Assembly: GCA_001662655.1 (NCBI GenBank) | Contig: KV460232.1 | Length of the DNA: 64,000 nucleotides | Source of the DNA: Pseudogymnoascus verrucosus | Taxonomy: Eukaryota | Strand: one strand, 5' to 3' | Shown: piece by piece, positions 24,035 through 37,685 of the stretch | Layout: each line of letters starts with the position of its first letter | Position numbering within the stretch: position 1 is the first letter of the stretch | Program-made: the position numbers and the translations under genes | The notes under the pieces: generated by a model | Database searches by the model: none | What the model saw: the letters and a program-made list of their open reading frames with translations, nothing else | What the model was told of the DNA's origin: nothing

Positions 24035-26046
24035 ATGGCTTGGCAGGATCAAGCAACTGCTGTGAGCTCAATCGGCTTGCGATTGGCGGCTTACGTCTTT
24101 CTCAGATGGGTATGAAATCCAGTATGCGCCTTTGAGAACCTTAGCTGACAAGAAAGCCAGATTCCTACTCCCGTATGCCCACCTATCATCTACACGCTGT
24201 TCGCCCTTTATATCCCGTCGTTTATCGCGTCCTATCTGGGCCGGTCCCAGTACGATGTTATCGCGGATGAGGTCGATGTGAAGGTCCACAACACCCAAGC
24301 AAACGGACAACCACAATCATATGCGGATGCTGTGGCGGGATCTAGCCCGGATAATGACGACGGGGGTCACTCTACAACCGCCCAAGAAGATTTTGATGTC
24401 GAAGAGACTATTATTCTCGAGAAAAAAGGCCCCAAGGTATTGAAGACTCTCTTGACAGGTCTCCCAAGCCCGACTAGCCGCTTTATATCAATTGCGACTT
24501 TTCTCATCAATCTGGGACTAGTTTTGGCAGCCACGGATCTCATATACCGTGCCAAGGTGCAATATCCTAGCAACGATCTTTCATTTGCTCGCCTTGGATA
24601 TGTGTCGGATTCAGAGGCGAAGCTACTCGTTCGGGAGCCAGACCGAGCCAACCTGCCGATATACGTCTCTGTACGCAACCTGGATCCACACAGTGGCGTG
24701 GCAGATTCTGGATGGCGAAGCTACGGTCCAATCACTAACCTCAGCAACGACACGGATTACACTTCGGCGATTTCTATTCCACTCCCGAGAACAATAGGAA
24801 GAGCCGGAAGGAACAAGTACGAGTATGTGACGTCGAACAACCACAAAGGATTTATTACGAGTGCGCCGAGGATTGGCTATACCAGTGAACCCGATGGAAA
24901 GTTTACTTTCTTGACTTCTAGTTGCATTATTCCAAGGTTTCCGTACAACCCATTCAAACACCCGTTGAGCATTCCAGGATTTAAACATCTTGCGAAGGTT
25001 CTACCATCTTTGGACGCGCAGTTTATGCTCTTCCTCGGAGACTTCATTTACATCGATGTCCCAAAGCGCTTTGGTTATCATGTCGAGGACTATCGCCGCG
25101 ACTATCGACAAGTCTATGCCTCCCCAGACTGGCCAGCAGTTTCACAGAACCTGAGCTGGATCCACGTCATCGACGACCATGAAATCGCCAATGATTTCGA
25201 TTTAAACACGGAGGACCACGAGACAAGTCTTTACCAAACAGCAATTGAGCCTTGGAACAACTACCAGGGTGCAGTCAACCCCCCTGTTGCCCGCAAGTCT
25301 AGCATCTACAACAGGGACCGAACAGACGCCACATACTTTGAGTTCACCCAGGGCCCAGCGACCTTCTTTATGATGGATACTCGCAGGTACAGGGACCTCA
25401 ATGCCGGTCTACCCGCCAACGAGACTGGGAAATCCATGCTAGGAAACGAGCAATTGCATGATCTACTCGCCTTCCTTGCCCGACCAGTGCCTCGGGGCGT
25501 GAGATGGAAGTTCGTGGTCAGCAGTGTTCCCTTCACCAAGAACTGGAAGGTCAACAACCTGGATACTTGGGCAGGATTCTTGGATGAACGTCAAAAAATC
25601 CTTGAGGCTATGTGGGATGTTGGCTTGAAAGGCGGCGTTGGCGTTGTGGTGTTGTCTGGTGATCGCCATGAGTTCGCCTCAACGGCGTTCCCACCCCCTC
25701 TAGGCGGAAAGTGGCCACTTAGTTCCACGGTGCATGAGTTTTCGACGAGTCCTTTGAGCCAGTTTTACTTGCCTATTCCGAGTTATCGGCAGACGGACGA
25801 TGATGATGTGCTCGTGAAGTAAGTTTCTGAGCTCTACCTTTTGACGCATTTCTAACAATTCGCAGGTATATTGCAGAAGGAAATTCGAAGTTCGGGTCTG
25901 TGACTATTGAAAGCCCAGAAGCTAGTGATCAGAGCCTTCTGAAGTTCAGGCTTTTCATTGATGGGGAGGAAGCATGGAATTCTATTCTCCTATCTCCTCC
26001 GATGCTGAAAGGGAAAGGAAGGAGTAAAGATGCGTTGTGGGGATAG
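24035..26046 (+). CDS. PhoD-family alkaline phosphatase/phosphodiesterase with N-terminal hydrophobic segments; join(24035..24109,24161..25818,25866..26046)
   Basis: PhoD metal motifs TSSC, LGDFIYID, DDHEIAND, DTRRYR, D.WAGF and LSGDRH; two canonical introns. Confidence 0.88.
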
Positions 26047-26407
26047 AATACGATATGGTTAAGTATATATAGTAGAAAATAATAGTCTTTGTTGCGCTGT
26101 ACAGCCATATATTGTCGGGCTAAGTGATACAATGCCTGTATATGTAAGATGATGGCATATTAAACGGCGCCGTTGAAAGTGAGACTCATGCACCTTCATC
26201 ACGAAAGGCGGTGTGCCTGGCGGCAGAATCGACAAGGCTACCAAATATCCACAAGGTTCCATGGGCTACAGCGGACCCCTCCAACAATACAACTCTGAAC
26301 ATCTGATGGGCAAATATTCTCTCAGCTTGCACTTCCACCGAACTATCTTTCGATATTGACAATACAATATTTCCTTTGGGATAGCTTCGCTAACCAAGAC
26401 CACGGCC

Positions 26408-27653
26408 ATGTCGACTCAAGCTGATCTGGGTGCCAAGGCCCTTGCAGCCAAAGACTACGCCTCCGCCATCACCCATTACACCAACGCTCTTAAAACCGCG
26501 AACTCACCCCTATGGTTCACGAACCGCTCGACTGCATACCACCGTGCCGGGCAATACGACCTCGCCCTCCAAGATGCCGAAGCTGGAGTTTTGGCTGCTC
26601 GCCAAAGAGCTCGACGTGAGCTGATCACCGCCGCCCAGATGAGGAGAGCTATCGCACTATACAGTCTGGGGCGACTTGGAGATTCGCGGCTCGTGCTGAC
26701 GTGGGTGAGGAAGCTGAATGAGAAGGAGAAGAGCCTGGGAGTTTGGCAGTTGAAGGTTGCCAATGAATATGAGAAGCTGCCTGAAGACTCAGAAGGGAGG
26801 AAGGTTACAGTTACGGAGGTGCCTGATGAAGCTAAGTTGCCCGAAGTGGGCAAGACAGTGGTAGCGGAGGAGAAAGGCAAGGCCGTGACTCAGGTTCCTC
26901 AGACATCAACCACTCCAGCACAGACCCCAAAGGAGAAGATCAGGCATGAGTGGTACCAATCAAGCAATAAAGTTACGATCACGATCTTTGCAAAGGGTAT
27001 TCCAAAGGAGAAGGCCGAAGTTACTATTGCCGAAGATTCTGTAAGTTCTACAATCATTTGAAATACCCTCCATCGAATTACTCACTAATCCCACGCAGGT
27101 CGAAGTCAACTTCCCGATCGGCGCAAATAGTAGCTATAATTACTCCCTTGACAATCTTTATGAACGAATCAGCCCCTCAGAGAGCACATTTTCCATAACT
27201 CCCAATAAACTCGAAATCACACTCCACAAAACCAGCGGCACGAAGTGGCCAGCTCTAGAGAGTGCAACGCGAGTCCCCGCTCTTGCCACCACAGACGACA
27301 TCAAGGACTCCACTCCTCAAACCCCCGCCAGTACGGCCGAAAAGGCCCCCTCATACCCCACCTCATCAAAGCACGGCCCTAAGAACTGGGATGCCCTCGC
27401 TATTAGTGCACTGGCCGCCGAGTCCACTGGTGATAATAAGCTCGGTGGAGACGATGATGATGAGGCGGACCCATTGCATGGGTTCTTCAAGAAGCTGTAT
27501 AAGGATGCGGACCCGGATACGAAGAGGGCGATGATGAAGAGCTATACTGAGAGCAACGGAACGGCACTGAGCACGAATTGGGCAGATGTGAAGAAAAAGC
27601 CGGTGGAGACGAATCCGCCAGAAGGGGTGGAGGCTAAAAGCTGGGGAAAATAG
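26408..27653 (+). CDS. SGT1: SGT1 co-chaperone (TPR-CS-SGS); join(26408..27040,27099..27653)
   Basis: N-terminal TPRs, CS domain IRHEWYQS, SGS domain FFKKLYKDADPDTKRAMMKSYTESNGTALSTNW in exon 2. Confidence 0.94.
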
Positions 27654-28387
27654 TGGACACGCTCATGAGCAGTGGCATGTGGGTATGGTGGACTGATCCT
27701 ATTATATCGTGGAAAAGGTGGGCGAAACGTGGATCTGACCGTCTGATCATCAAAGAACTACAGAGGGAAACGAAATAGAGTATCCCGGGCGTTCTATACG
27801 TTCAATAGCACGCAATTAGTAAAACGGGAAGGAATAATACTACTTGAACAAGCCTCATTGCAGTGCCATTTCACAGTTGTTATAACAAAGAGTTATGATA
27901 GCTTCAATCATAACGCCTTCTATTACAGTACATATGCAAATATGCTACATCCCCAACTTTACTATGCGTAACAAAGGCCCTGAGCACTCCCCAAAGTAGC
28001 AGGCTCGAAAAAGGGCAACCTCCCAAAATATCAAACGCAGCTACAGACATGCTCGAAGCAGCTTTCTGGCGCAACAAAATTCCAAATTTCATCAATCATA
28101 CACCGCGCCCCTTCCGTCGTCTAGGACAACGACCTCTCCAAATTAAAACTGGGAAATCAAACAGTCGACAAATCTATTGCCATAAGAAAAGTACAATGAG
28201 CTCCACGATTGGCGTGAAGCGATGATTCAGAGGGCAAATTCTGAATGCTAGTTGATATTTTGATGCGTTGCCTGGGGTATAAATTCAATGCTATGCGAGT
28301 TTTTTGTATGCAAGGCGAGCAAATGTTGTAAGGTCGACAATAACGCAGACATTGGTTAGTACAAGGGCTCGAGCTGGGTTGCTAGAA

Positions 28388-30387
28388 TCATAGTGCCCCC
28401 CAGCGGTTACGAAGCCCATCTGCCCAACGTCCATAAAGGACGTCGGCGAGTTGTTTTGTGTGTTCCATCCCGGGTGTGACTTGCCCGGGTAGGTTGTGCA
28501 TCTTTTCATTCCACTCCCTATCGGCGACTTGCATCGACTCACGTCGCTGGCGGTGGCTTCGAAGATGCGGGTTGTTTTGAGCCATGACTAGCTTGGGGCC
28601 TGGTGAGACTTGCGCCTGAGATGACTTTCGGGGGGTGCACACAGGAGTCTGATCTTTCGATGGTGATGCTGATGCTAAGAATCGCAGTTTTGGATCCGCC
28701 TGAACTTTCTCGAGCATTAGTTTCAGCAGCTGAACCTCTCCATCTGGGTCAATTGCATCAAAGGCACTCCAGGCGTCTGCAAGACGTGAGAGGGCTTCGC
28801 GCTTTTTCTGACTGCTTGTCTGTGCGTGTACCTCCTGGAATGAAGGATCGACGGCCTTATTATATGCTCTGCGACCCAACTGCGCCTCCTTGCTGATAGT
28901 TTCCACAGTTGGCGGCCGATTTTCGTCTCGGATCTCAATTGACGAATCGACTACTCCCGCAGTTGAGTTATCCGAAACACGGCGGAAGAGACGGACTGTG
29001 GAGCCACTGTTGCCAAAGTTCATATCCGGCTGCAGTGGCTTCTTAGGGGATGTGTTCTTTGAAGACTTGGTCGGGGTTAACGGCAGCTGCATGATCGACG
29101 GCTGCTTCTGAACTGTGCGTCGTCTCACAGTGCCTGGTGAAGGAGATGACATTGTGAGTGGGGCATCTTTGAGGTCTAGACGTCGCAGAGCTTCCTCTGC
29201 CCCCGTTTGGCCATTTTGAATGTTGCCTGGTATAACGGACAGCTTCCTCCTCTTCGAAGTAGATTTGTGAATTGTCTTTGCCTTCACAGTATCAAACACC
29301 CAAGCATCCGAATCGTCCTTTGGTGTCATTGAGGTCAATACCTCCTCATAAAATCTCGGGTGAGATGGGCGGTTCCGGCCTCCATCCCATTCTTGCTTTC
29401 TTTCCACCAATTCTTGCAAAGCTTCGACTCTCCCCGCAGATCGGATGAATTTGTGCTTCAACAGTTCCTTTGCTGATGGACGTTTGCTGCACTCCTTGAC
29501 CAAGCACTGCGCCACAAAATCTTTGAATTCGCGACTGTGGTTGTTCCCTTCGAGCCTAGGTGCTGGCGCTTTTGGTATAAGAAACAGCACCTTCATCGGA
29601 TGTGTGCTGGCATTGGGAGGTTCGCCATTAACCAACTCCATTGCAGTGATTCCGAGAGACCAAATATCTGCTTTGAAGTCATAACCAGCCTGCTGGATGA
29701 CTTCAGGGGCCATCCAGAATGGCGTCCCTACAAATGTGTTTCTTTGCGATTTGATATTGGTGAGCTGCGCTGCAACTCCGAAATCTGCCAATTTAACCTT
29801 TCCAGTCGAGGATAACAATATGTTTGCAGCCTTTATATCTCTGTGGATCTTCCCTTCTTGGTGAAGATAATCGAGGCCGAGAAGCAGTTCGCGGCAAATG
29901 ATTGCAATGTGAGCTTCGTGGACCGGACCTGGTTTTAGCTGCAACAAGTCAGCATTCAGTATCCAGATAATCATGTCAGCTTGGAACGAACCAAGTCTAA
30001 GCAAGATCCACCACCCAAGTACTCCATAACAATCCATAATTTATGTCCGCGGAGAAAGCTCTCTTTATATTGTGTAACAAAGGGGCTGGCACAGGTGCTG
30101 AGCACCGAGATCTCTTGCTGGATTTCCTGTATATCATCCTCACTTGATTCGAGATCAATCTATGCGGAAGCAGTCAGTTTCGACAACTTTTCTTCATAGT
30201 AGTGAACGTCGTCCTTACATGTTTGATGGCGACAATCTCCCCTGTTGCCCTCTCGATGGCCTTATATACTACTCCAAAGCTCCCACCTGTACTTGTCAGT
30301 TACTCCTATTGTCTGGTGGATTGATGGTTGCTCACTGCCCAATTCCTCCAGGACCTGGTACTGGCTGCCAGCCGCATCATCAGACAT
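28388..30387 (-). CDS. STE20/GCK-family Ser/Thr kinase, probably Sid1-like (septation initiation network); complement(join(28388..29938,29992..30159,30219..30286,30336..30387))
   Basis: Spliced N-terminus YQVLEELGSGSFGVVYKA..VAIKHIDLESSEDDIQEIQQEI; HRDIKAANILL, DFG, GTPFWMAPE. The Sid1 versus Mst-type assignment is from memory only. Confidence 0.9.
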
Positions 30388-31193
30388 CGTTGCGAGGGTG
30401 TTCAGGGGAAGCGTAAGATTTCAATTCGAAGTAGCAATTGCGTGACTTTCCAGTAGCCAGCAAATAGAAACGAAAAGTACAACTGCGCAGTATTCTCTCT
30501 GTTTGCAACTGGAATTGCTGGAGAGGAAGCTGCGTTTGAGATGGATAGGCGGAAGTGGAGCTATGATCATGTAAACACTGATTGCCCCAGCCAACGGACT
30601 AAGCCCGGACCATCAAATGCGGCGAAGTCGACGAAGATGTTAACCAACGAATCTTTGATGGTTTTGATGTCAGAAGCTCGTGTCTTAAAGATTATTATGT
30701 CTTAAATGGTAGAACTGTTTTGAATCCCTATGGTAACCTTTTTACTTCGACCCTGAAAATCGCCAGTCAAAGACAGTGTCCTGGGGTTGCTGGGTGCTAT
30801 TATCCGATAACGTTCTGGTTGCCATGTCAACCGTGATATGTTCCAGTTGGACGAAATCAGTGACGGTATCCAAACACACAGCAACCGAAAGCTTCAATAC
30901 TGCAAGTACTATTGCGCTTAAATGCTTGGACTCAAATATCACAACCAGCCAAATAATAACAGACAGCTCTATTTGCACGGACATCTCTCACGACTTTTTG
31001 GTCGGTGGTGCTAGATTCTTTCTATTCCTCTCCCGAACAATCTATATGGACAACTAAGAAAACGCCTTTCGTCGACAAATGGTCGTTGGCACGGGAGATA
31101 TTGGGTGCGGTACATACTGCAAGTGTTAGAAACTCCTTGTGGTTTGCGCGCCTACAACTATACAAAGCGAGAGAAAAAATCTGCCATACCAGA

Positions 31194-34100
31194 ATGGCTC
31201 TCGAACCGCCTGGGCTTCCATCGCGCTTTCCATGTTGGTGTCGAGCTGTGTACTCCTGGGGCGGAGAGGTGAGTCCTGCAGCTCCTATTTATGTCACAAC
31301 AAGCGGATACTGATTTTATAATGTGCAGTCAAAACGAGACCTAGGATTTATAGAAGGAGACCTTATAGAATGCCTGAACGCAGGGGACGGATCATGGTGG
31401 ATGGGGAGGCTGCGACGAGACAAGCGCGTGATGGGGCTTTTCCCATCAAACTTCGTACAAGTTCTGGACGACAGCTTTCAGCCAGCAAGTAGAGCTACAA
31501 GCCCTATGCCAGATCGATCTCCAAGCCCAAACCCATACAACCCACAAGCGCCGAAGGCAGCCAAGGCGAAACCATTTAGAAAGCCGTTTCAAGCATATGC
31601 AGCTCCCGATTTAGCAGCTCAAAAGAGAGCCGAACTGCAAAGGCAAGAGACCATAGCGAAGCCAAAGCCCCCGCCTCCAAAGCCCTCGCCTTCAAAATCA
31701 ATCCATGACAGGATCGGTTATGTGCCCCCACCAAAACAAATCGGGGGTTATGGCGCACGAGCATCACCTCAAAATCCGCAACCTACGCAGGAATCTCGTT
31801 ATCGGGCCCCATCACCCTACGCGCAACCTACACATGAGCCTTATTCTCGGGCCCCATCGCCATATGCGCAACCTGCGCACGAGTCTCATCCCCGGGCCCC
31901 ATCTCCTTATGCGCAACCTGCCCACCAGTCCTACTCTCGGGCACCATCACCATGTCCACCTATGAATCACCAAGAACCCCCGCGCCAAACATCCCCCTAT
32001 GCGCCATCTACCTATGAAACCCACTCTCGAGGCCCTTCACCTCGCCCGCAATCTGCATATCAAGCATACTCGCGGCAACCTTCACCTTGCCCACCAGCTG
32101 ATCCGTACGACAATTATAGAGCGCCTTCACCTTTCCCAGATAATTCATATCAGCCAAATCAGCCGGAAATGCCATCCAATTCGAACCGCCCAAGAAGAGA
32201 CTCTTCTCCGCCTCCGCCGCCTCCGCCTCACAGACACACATATGTTCCCCACACAACTGACAGCCAGACGTATCAGAATCAATCGAATGCCTATCATACT
32301 CCGCGTGCGACAAGCCCCTGCCCTCCTTCTCCTGGAGCGACTGGTCTTACGCCTTCACCCCTCAGGAATGCAATGGATGATGTGATGTCATCTTTAGAAG
32401 GTATGGGACTTTCGAGAGAAAATGAGACACCGGAGCCACCTTTAGATCCATGGTCGCCGGAAGCCTTTGATGAAACATATTCAAGGGCCTCCAGGCGAAA
32501 CGGGCCCCACAGATCAGCAGCATCTATGGATGATTATAGCGCAAATCAACAATTCGATGGGCAATTCCAAGATCCTCAACAACAAGACAATGAAGCCCCG
32601 CAGCTTAGCAATTACGTGCAACGGATGGAGAGTAGGCTTAGGCAACGCCACCCCCGGAACTCAGACGAGAGTAGTATAAATTCAAGTATGGGACCTCCAA
32701 CAGTTCCGCCGAAGTTCTCGTCAGTGAGCCGGCCGCAATCTTCTATGGCTGATCTTGCTCAATTTCAGGACAGGCCAAAATCTTCTATGGCGGGAGCGTT
32801 TGGTGAGCAACCAACATTACGGCACAAGGCGTCATCTTTCGGAACTCAGGAAGCCAGAAAATTGCGACATCGGAAATCTGCATACGAGGTTGGGAAACAA
32901 ATGCTGGGAAGGACCTTCACAACAAAGTCTACATCGACAAACTCATCCTCTGGGGTTCAAAGCACAACAACAAACGAAAGCGCAAGCACTCAACTAACTG
33001 ACCGGAGTATTATGAGCGGCCACTCTGCTGGTGCATTTAGCGCCACTAGTGCTGGGAGTCTTGCTAGAAAGAAAGATTCTTTTCACGTCAGAACTAGAAG
33101 TGCACTCGGAATGCGAGGCAATGATTTTGCTGCCATTCAAAACGGTTTCGAGCAAGAGAGCCGGCCTCACACTCCCATTAGTGGAGTTACTTACCACAGC
33201 AGTCATGCATCGGGGCCCCCAAGGGCACAATCACAGATGGGGTATAATGCCGACTCTTCCAGCGCACTTGGAGGACTTATGGCCCCAAAGCCCAAGAAAA
33301 GCGGCTTTTTTAAGAAAATAATCGAGTCTGCAAAAACAGGCGCAGCAAGTAGCCGAAAAACGATTGTTACAGGAGAAGCTTCGCGTCCACTGTCATCACG
33401 GAGTATGCTACCAAATGGTATTACTGCCATTGCTGGAGGACTTGGCAGCGGCCAAGGAAACAATGGCCTGGATGGGGACGGTTCAGGTGCCGACTGGGTT
33501 CAGGTCCGCCGGGATGTAAATCGATCCAATTCTCTCAGTCGCATTGAGCGCCTAGAGCGAAAGGAAAGATGTCAGATGATGGACTATCCTGCTATAAGCC
33601 CCGTTGACGAACTTTACGATACAACCCAGGGCGATGAAGCTGCGGATGGAACGGCAGTGATGGAGCCAACTAACTATCAAACCGTCAATTTAAGTTTAGT
33701 GGACAAGAACTCAAGGTTTATCAGTAACTTACCGCAAACAATGAACCCAAGCAGTTTGGCCACGGGCTATATCTGTAGGCCATACAGAAGCGATGTGCAG
33801 CGGCTTAGAGCTATCTTTACCTGGGTTGCTGAAAAGATTTCATGGGAAGAAGATTTCGATGGGGAGGACCCTGTTAACCCGAGGAGAGTAATTCAGTCGA
33901 AACGAGGCAGCCCAGAGGAAGTATCGGTTTTGGTCATGGAGATGTGCTCTGCTGTTGGCATTCACTGCGAGGTTGTCCGTGGTTATCTGAAGTCGCCTTT
34001 AGAGGCGTCGGAGGTTGGACTTGTTCCCAGATCCAATCACTGGTGGAACACAGTGCTCGTCGATAACGAATGGCGAATTATGGACTGTTCTCTTGCAAGC

Positions 34101-35129
34101 TCGACGAATCCACTCCGAAGCCTTTACTCCAGCACAGGACCAACATTGGCGGAATCCTGGTACTTCCTTGCCCGGCCAATGGAGATCTGCTGGACTCATG
34201 TGCCAGAGCATCATCAGCATCAACATCTCTCTCCACCTGTGGCCCACGATGTCTTACTCGCACTTCCCTGTGCCTGCCCTCCATTCTTCAAGAACAACAT
34301 GCAGTTGCAAGATTTCAATACGTCTCTACTCAGGCTAGAAAATCTCGAGCTTGCTCAGGTCAGGTTCACTGTTCCTGCAGACGTAGAGTGCGTTGCAGAA
34401 GTCGAAACGCGCGCCTTCAAGCGCGATATCGATGGTGACGTTTTCGAATCTGGCGAGATTGTTAAGAAGCGTGCATTGGCACAAGCGGAATGGGTTCGGG
34501 GCAGCAAGCAGTATACTATCAAGGCACTTCTCCCAGGCGACGAGGGGTCTGGAAACCTCAAGATCTATGCCGGCAAGAGAGGCCTTATGCACAGCATAAA
34601 GGATATCCCTCATCCGATTGCACTTTCTCTACCAATCAATCATACTGGAAGCAATCCAGCTTACGAATTCTTGGTCCGCCACCCCACGCCACATGCTCAA
34701 CGCCACGATTTATATGTTGCGCAACCGCAATGCCAACTGCTTGCTATAAACAATACCTTTGTATTTGCAATCCGCCAACACCCGTCGTCTATCGTGGCTA
34801 GCCAAGGTGCCATGTCGCCAGTTCCATACTCTCGGCCCGAGAGCGCGATGAGCGTGACCGCCTCATCAGCTTCTGGCTCGAACCCTAGCACATACGCCTC
34901 AAAGAAGCCAGCCAAACTGGCTATCCAGTCGCCAAGCGGAAAGATATTGAGACTCATGAGAAAAGAAGACCGTGGTGGCGGCATTGGAACTGGAGGTTCG
35001 ACTGAAATAGGGGATGGTGGGGTCTGGGAGACCATTATTAAGTGTGGGGAGAAAGGCGTTTGGAGAGGATTGGTACTTGCAGATAGAAGTGCGCGTTGGT
35101 GTGTTTTTGCGGAGTGGACTTGTGCTTGA
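31194..35129 (+). CDS. CYK3: Cytokinesis protein Cyk3 (SH3 + transglutaminase-like domain); join(31194..31268,31329..35129)
   Basis: SH3 AVYSWGGE|SKRDLGFIEGD...WWMG...GLFPSNFV. TGc-like RAIFTWV...VVRGYLK...HWWN.V..D.EW..MD, with the catalytic Cys position replaced (KRGSP). Confidence 0.92.
31794..31958 (+). repeat. Coding tandem repeat, 45-nt unit x ~3.7 (RAPSPYAQPxHE) inside CYK3
   Basis: Units start at 31794, 31839, 31884 and 31929; each contains cggGCmCCATCnCC, and the first three continue nTAyGCGCAACCT. Confidence 0.85.
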
Positions 35130-35532
35130 TGAAACTTTTAGGCTTCATGATGGGTTTGGGGACATCTTTAAAACGGCTGGGTCGGGGGAAGGGGGTTGGG
35201 ATTTGGCGTTTGATTGAGTATTGCATTTTGGAATGGTTAGAGTGTGTTGTATAATAGACGTCTGTTTAGCACAATTAGTGCCCATCGAATATGAAGAGAA
35301 CGACAAGAATTCTACATTCGAGAACCTATGGTTGTCATTTTCTAGAGCTCCCGTGCGAATATCTGCAATCACTGTCATTCCCAGCGCCAACTGTAATGTA
35401 GTTCTGATGCTTGAACACGTTTTTCTCATTTATCCTCAATAAACTCCATACACGCCAACGCTACGTAGACCCAACCACAATGCCAGATATTGTTACCCAT
35501 CCTCACTCCCACGTCTTATTGTAAAACTGATC

Positions 35533-36139
35533 TCACAAACCCAGCATCCTCCGGCACCCATCTCTAACCCTCTGCTCGTACTCTGCCCTATGCTCCCTCC
35601 ACTGCTTTGCAGCCTCCACATTCGCAGGGCTTTCGTCGTTCGGCTCCGCTAGCATGCTCATCACTGAAATCAAGATCTTCTCGACACTCTGGATTGGCGA
35701 CCAACGCTCAGATGCATGCTCGTAGTGGTTTGGGTCGTCTCCCGGGGGGTGAAGAATCGAGATGCAGACCAGTCCGCTTGGATATACTGGGTATCGTTAG
35801 TCTTCATCCTCACTCCACTATTAAGCCCTCGGTCGAAGCACCACTTCACATGCTTGCCGTTTGTGTGTTAAACAGACTGGACTGAAACTAACCATTAGGA
35901 TGCCAGACTTCGCCGATGAATTTCATAGACGGTGGCGCGAGCGGATAATCTTTCGGGAACTTGAGCTCGGCAGGGAATACACCGCCCTCGAATGGCGTCC
36001 CCTCGGGACCTTGGATCAGCGCTTCCCAGTGTAGGAGATCGTCTTCGGAGACGGGGCCTGCGGTGATGCCTTCTGGTGGGTTGTTGGTCAGGGCGCGGTA
36101 TTCTTGGAGGAGGCGGCGGTGGGCAGTTGAGGTCGCCAT
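35533..36139 (-). CDS. UBC7: Ubiquitin-conjugating enzyme E2 Ubc7; complement(join(35533..35786,35893..36139))
   Basis: [42 protein letters not shown]: catalytic Cys plus the Ubc7 acidic-loop insert. Confidence 0.95.
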
Positions 36140-36469
36140 GATGGCTGGGTCTTTGCGGTACAGGTCCGATTATGGCAGACTTTCTGAGATGAGGCTGCTT
36201 AGGTTCGCCGTAACTTTATAGAACGTGAAGAGTGAGTCGTATTATCAGAGATAGGTTTGTAATGTTGAAGAATGGACAGCTTGACCTCGGAAGCCGGCGG
36301 TGCGCCAATTCCGGGATGGGGTAGTCAGATAGGAGTCCAATCGCGCGATAAGAGCACCCAGATTTTGGAGCTGTCAATTACCCCTCCAGGCCCACCCCAC
36401 CTCAGACAGTTCTTCTCCGTCACACTGTCTGACTAACTTGTCACCACAAAACTTCGATAACACTCGAAT

Positions 36470-37440
36470 ATGTCTTCGCCTCTTCGCATTGGGTTCGTGC
36501 CTGAGCACTTCTCGACCCCGCTCCACTTTGCGCAGAAACACTTCGGTCTTGATGCGACGCTGATTCCTTTCCCGTCAGGAACGGGACATATGATAACTGC
36601 CCTCAGGGCTGGGGAAATAGACGTTGGTATTGGACTTACGGAGGGCTGGGTCGCAGGGCTTGGGAAGGGAGATATGGAGGGGGATGGAGGTTATAGGATT
36701 GTAGGAACCTATGTTGACTCTCCCTTGTGTCAGTTACCTTCCTTCCGCTCTTACCGGTTCCCTGACTTGGGTTGAGGGGTGCCCAAGAGTCCCAAACCAT
36801 AAGCTGACTGAAGATTCCAGGCTGGGCCGTCTCCACTGGCGCACAGCGTAACGACATCCAAAGCATCGCCGACCTAAAAGATTCCAAGATTGGCGTCTCC
36901 CGGATCGGTTCCGGAAGCTATGTCATGGGAACCGTGCTCGCCGACCAACAAGGCTGGCTCACCCCCGGCACTCCCCCCTTCACATTCACGCCTCTCCAAA
37001 CCTTCGCCAAGCTCCGCGAGGGCGTCAATGATAAGACTGTCGACTTCTTCATGTGGGAGCACTTTACGAGCAAGCGGTATTACGATAATGGCGAGATTAA
37101 GAGGGTGGGGGAGATTTACACTCCGTGGTCGAGTTGGTTGATCGTTGCATCGACGAGTATTGGGGAGACGGACTCGAGGCTAAAGGAGTTGTTCGAGAGT
37201 CTTGATAAGGGGGTTAAGCACTTTTTGGAGAATGAGGAGGAGGCGGTGAAGTATATATACACTTCATTGGATTACTCGGAGGAGGATGCGAGGGAGTGGT
37301 TGAAGACGGTAAAATTCACAAATGGCATTAGAGGTGCAAATGAGGCTTTGGTAGGTAAGGTGAGAGATACTCTTTTGAAGGCTGAGGTGGTTGAGGAAAG
37401 TGGCTTGGGAGCTGAACAGATGGTTGCTATCAAGAGATGA
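36470..37440 (+). CDS. SsuA/THI5-like periplasmic-binding-fold protein, function unknown; join(36470..36728,36821..37440)
   Basis: LRIGFVPEHFSTPL, PSGTGHM, GIGLTEG, IGVSRIGSGS and FMWEHFT motifs; intron 36729-36820 restores the frame (PL|CWAVSTG). Confidence 0.8.
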
Positions 37441-37685
37441 GTGGTGCAGTCTAGCAATGTTATCCCAAGTTCATAGGGCATGCGAGAGAGAAAAAAATGC
37501 AGTAGTACTCATGAACAAAGCTTCTAAATTGTTTATAATCTCGACGGAATAATTCACACCGGTATGTATACGGCGGCTACTTCCCAACAGCACAACCAAC
37601 CTTCATTCGGCGCTATGCTACAATGCAAGCATGCCCGCATCGCTCCACGCCCAATAACTCAGCAGTCAACCAAGAGAGTCTACAT

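Noticed and set aside
36729..36820. Possible TPP riboswitch in the intron of the THI5-like gene (contains GGGGTGC and a hairpin)
   Set aside because: Lacks the CTGAGA and CCTGAT...TAAT...GCG core motifs; only a simple GACTTGGG/CCCAAG hairpin is present.
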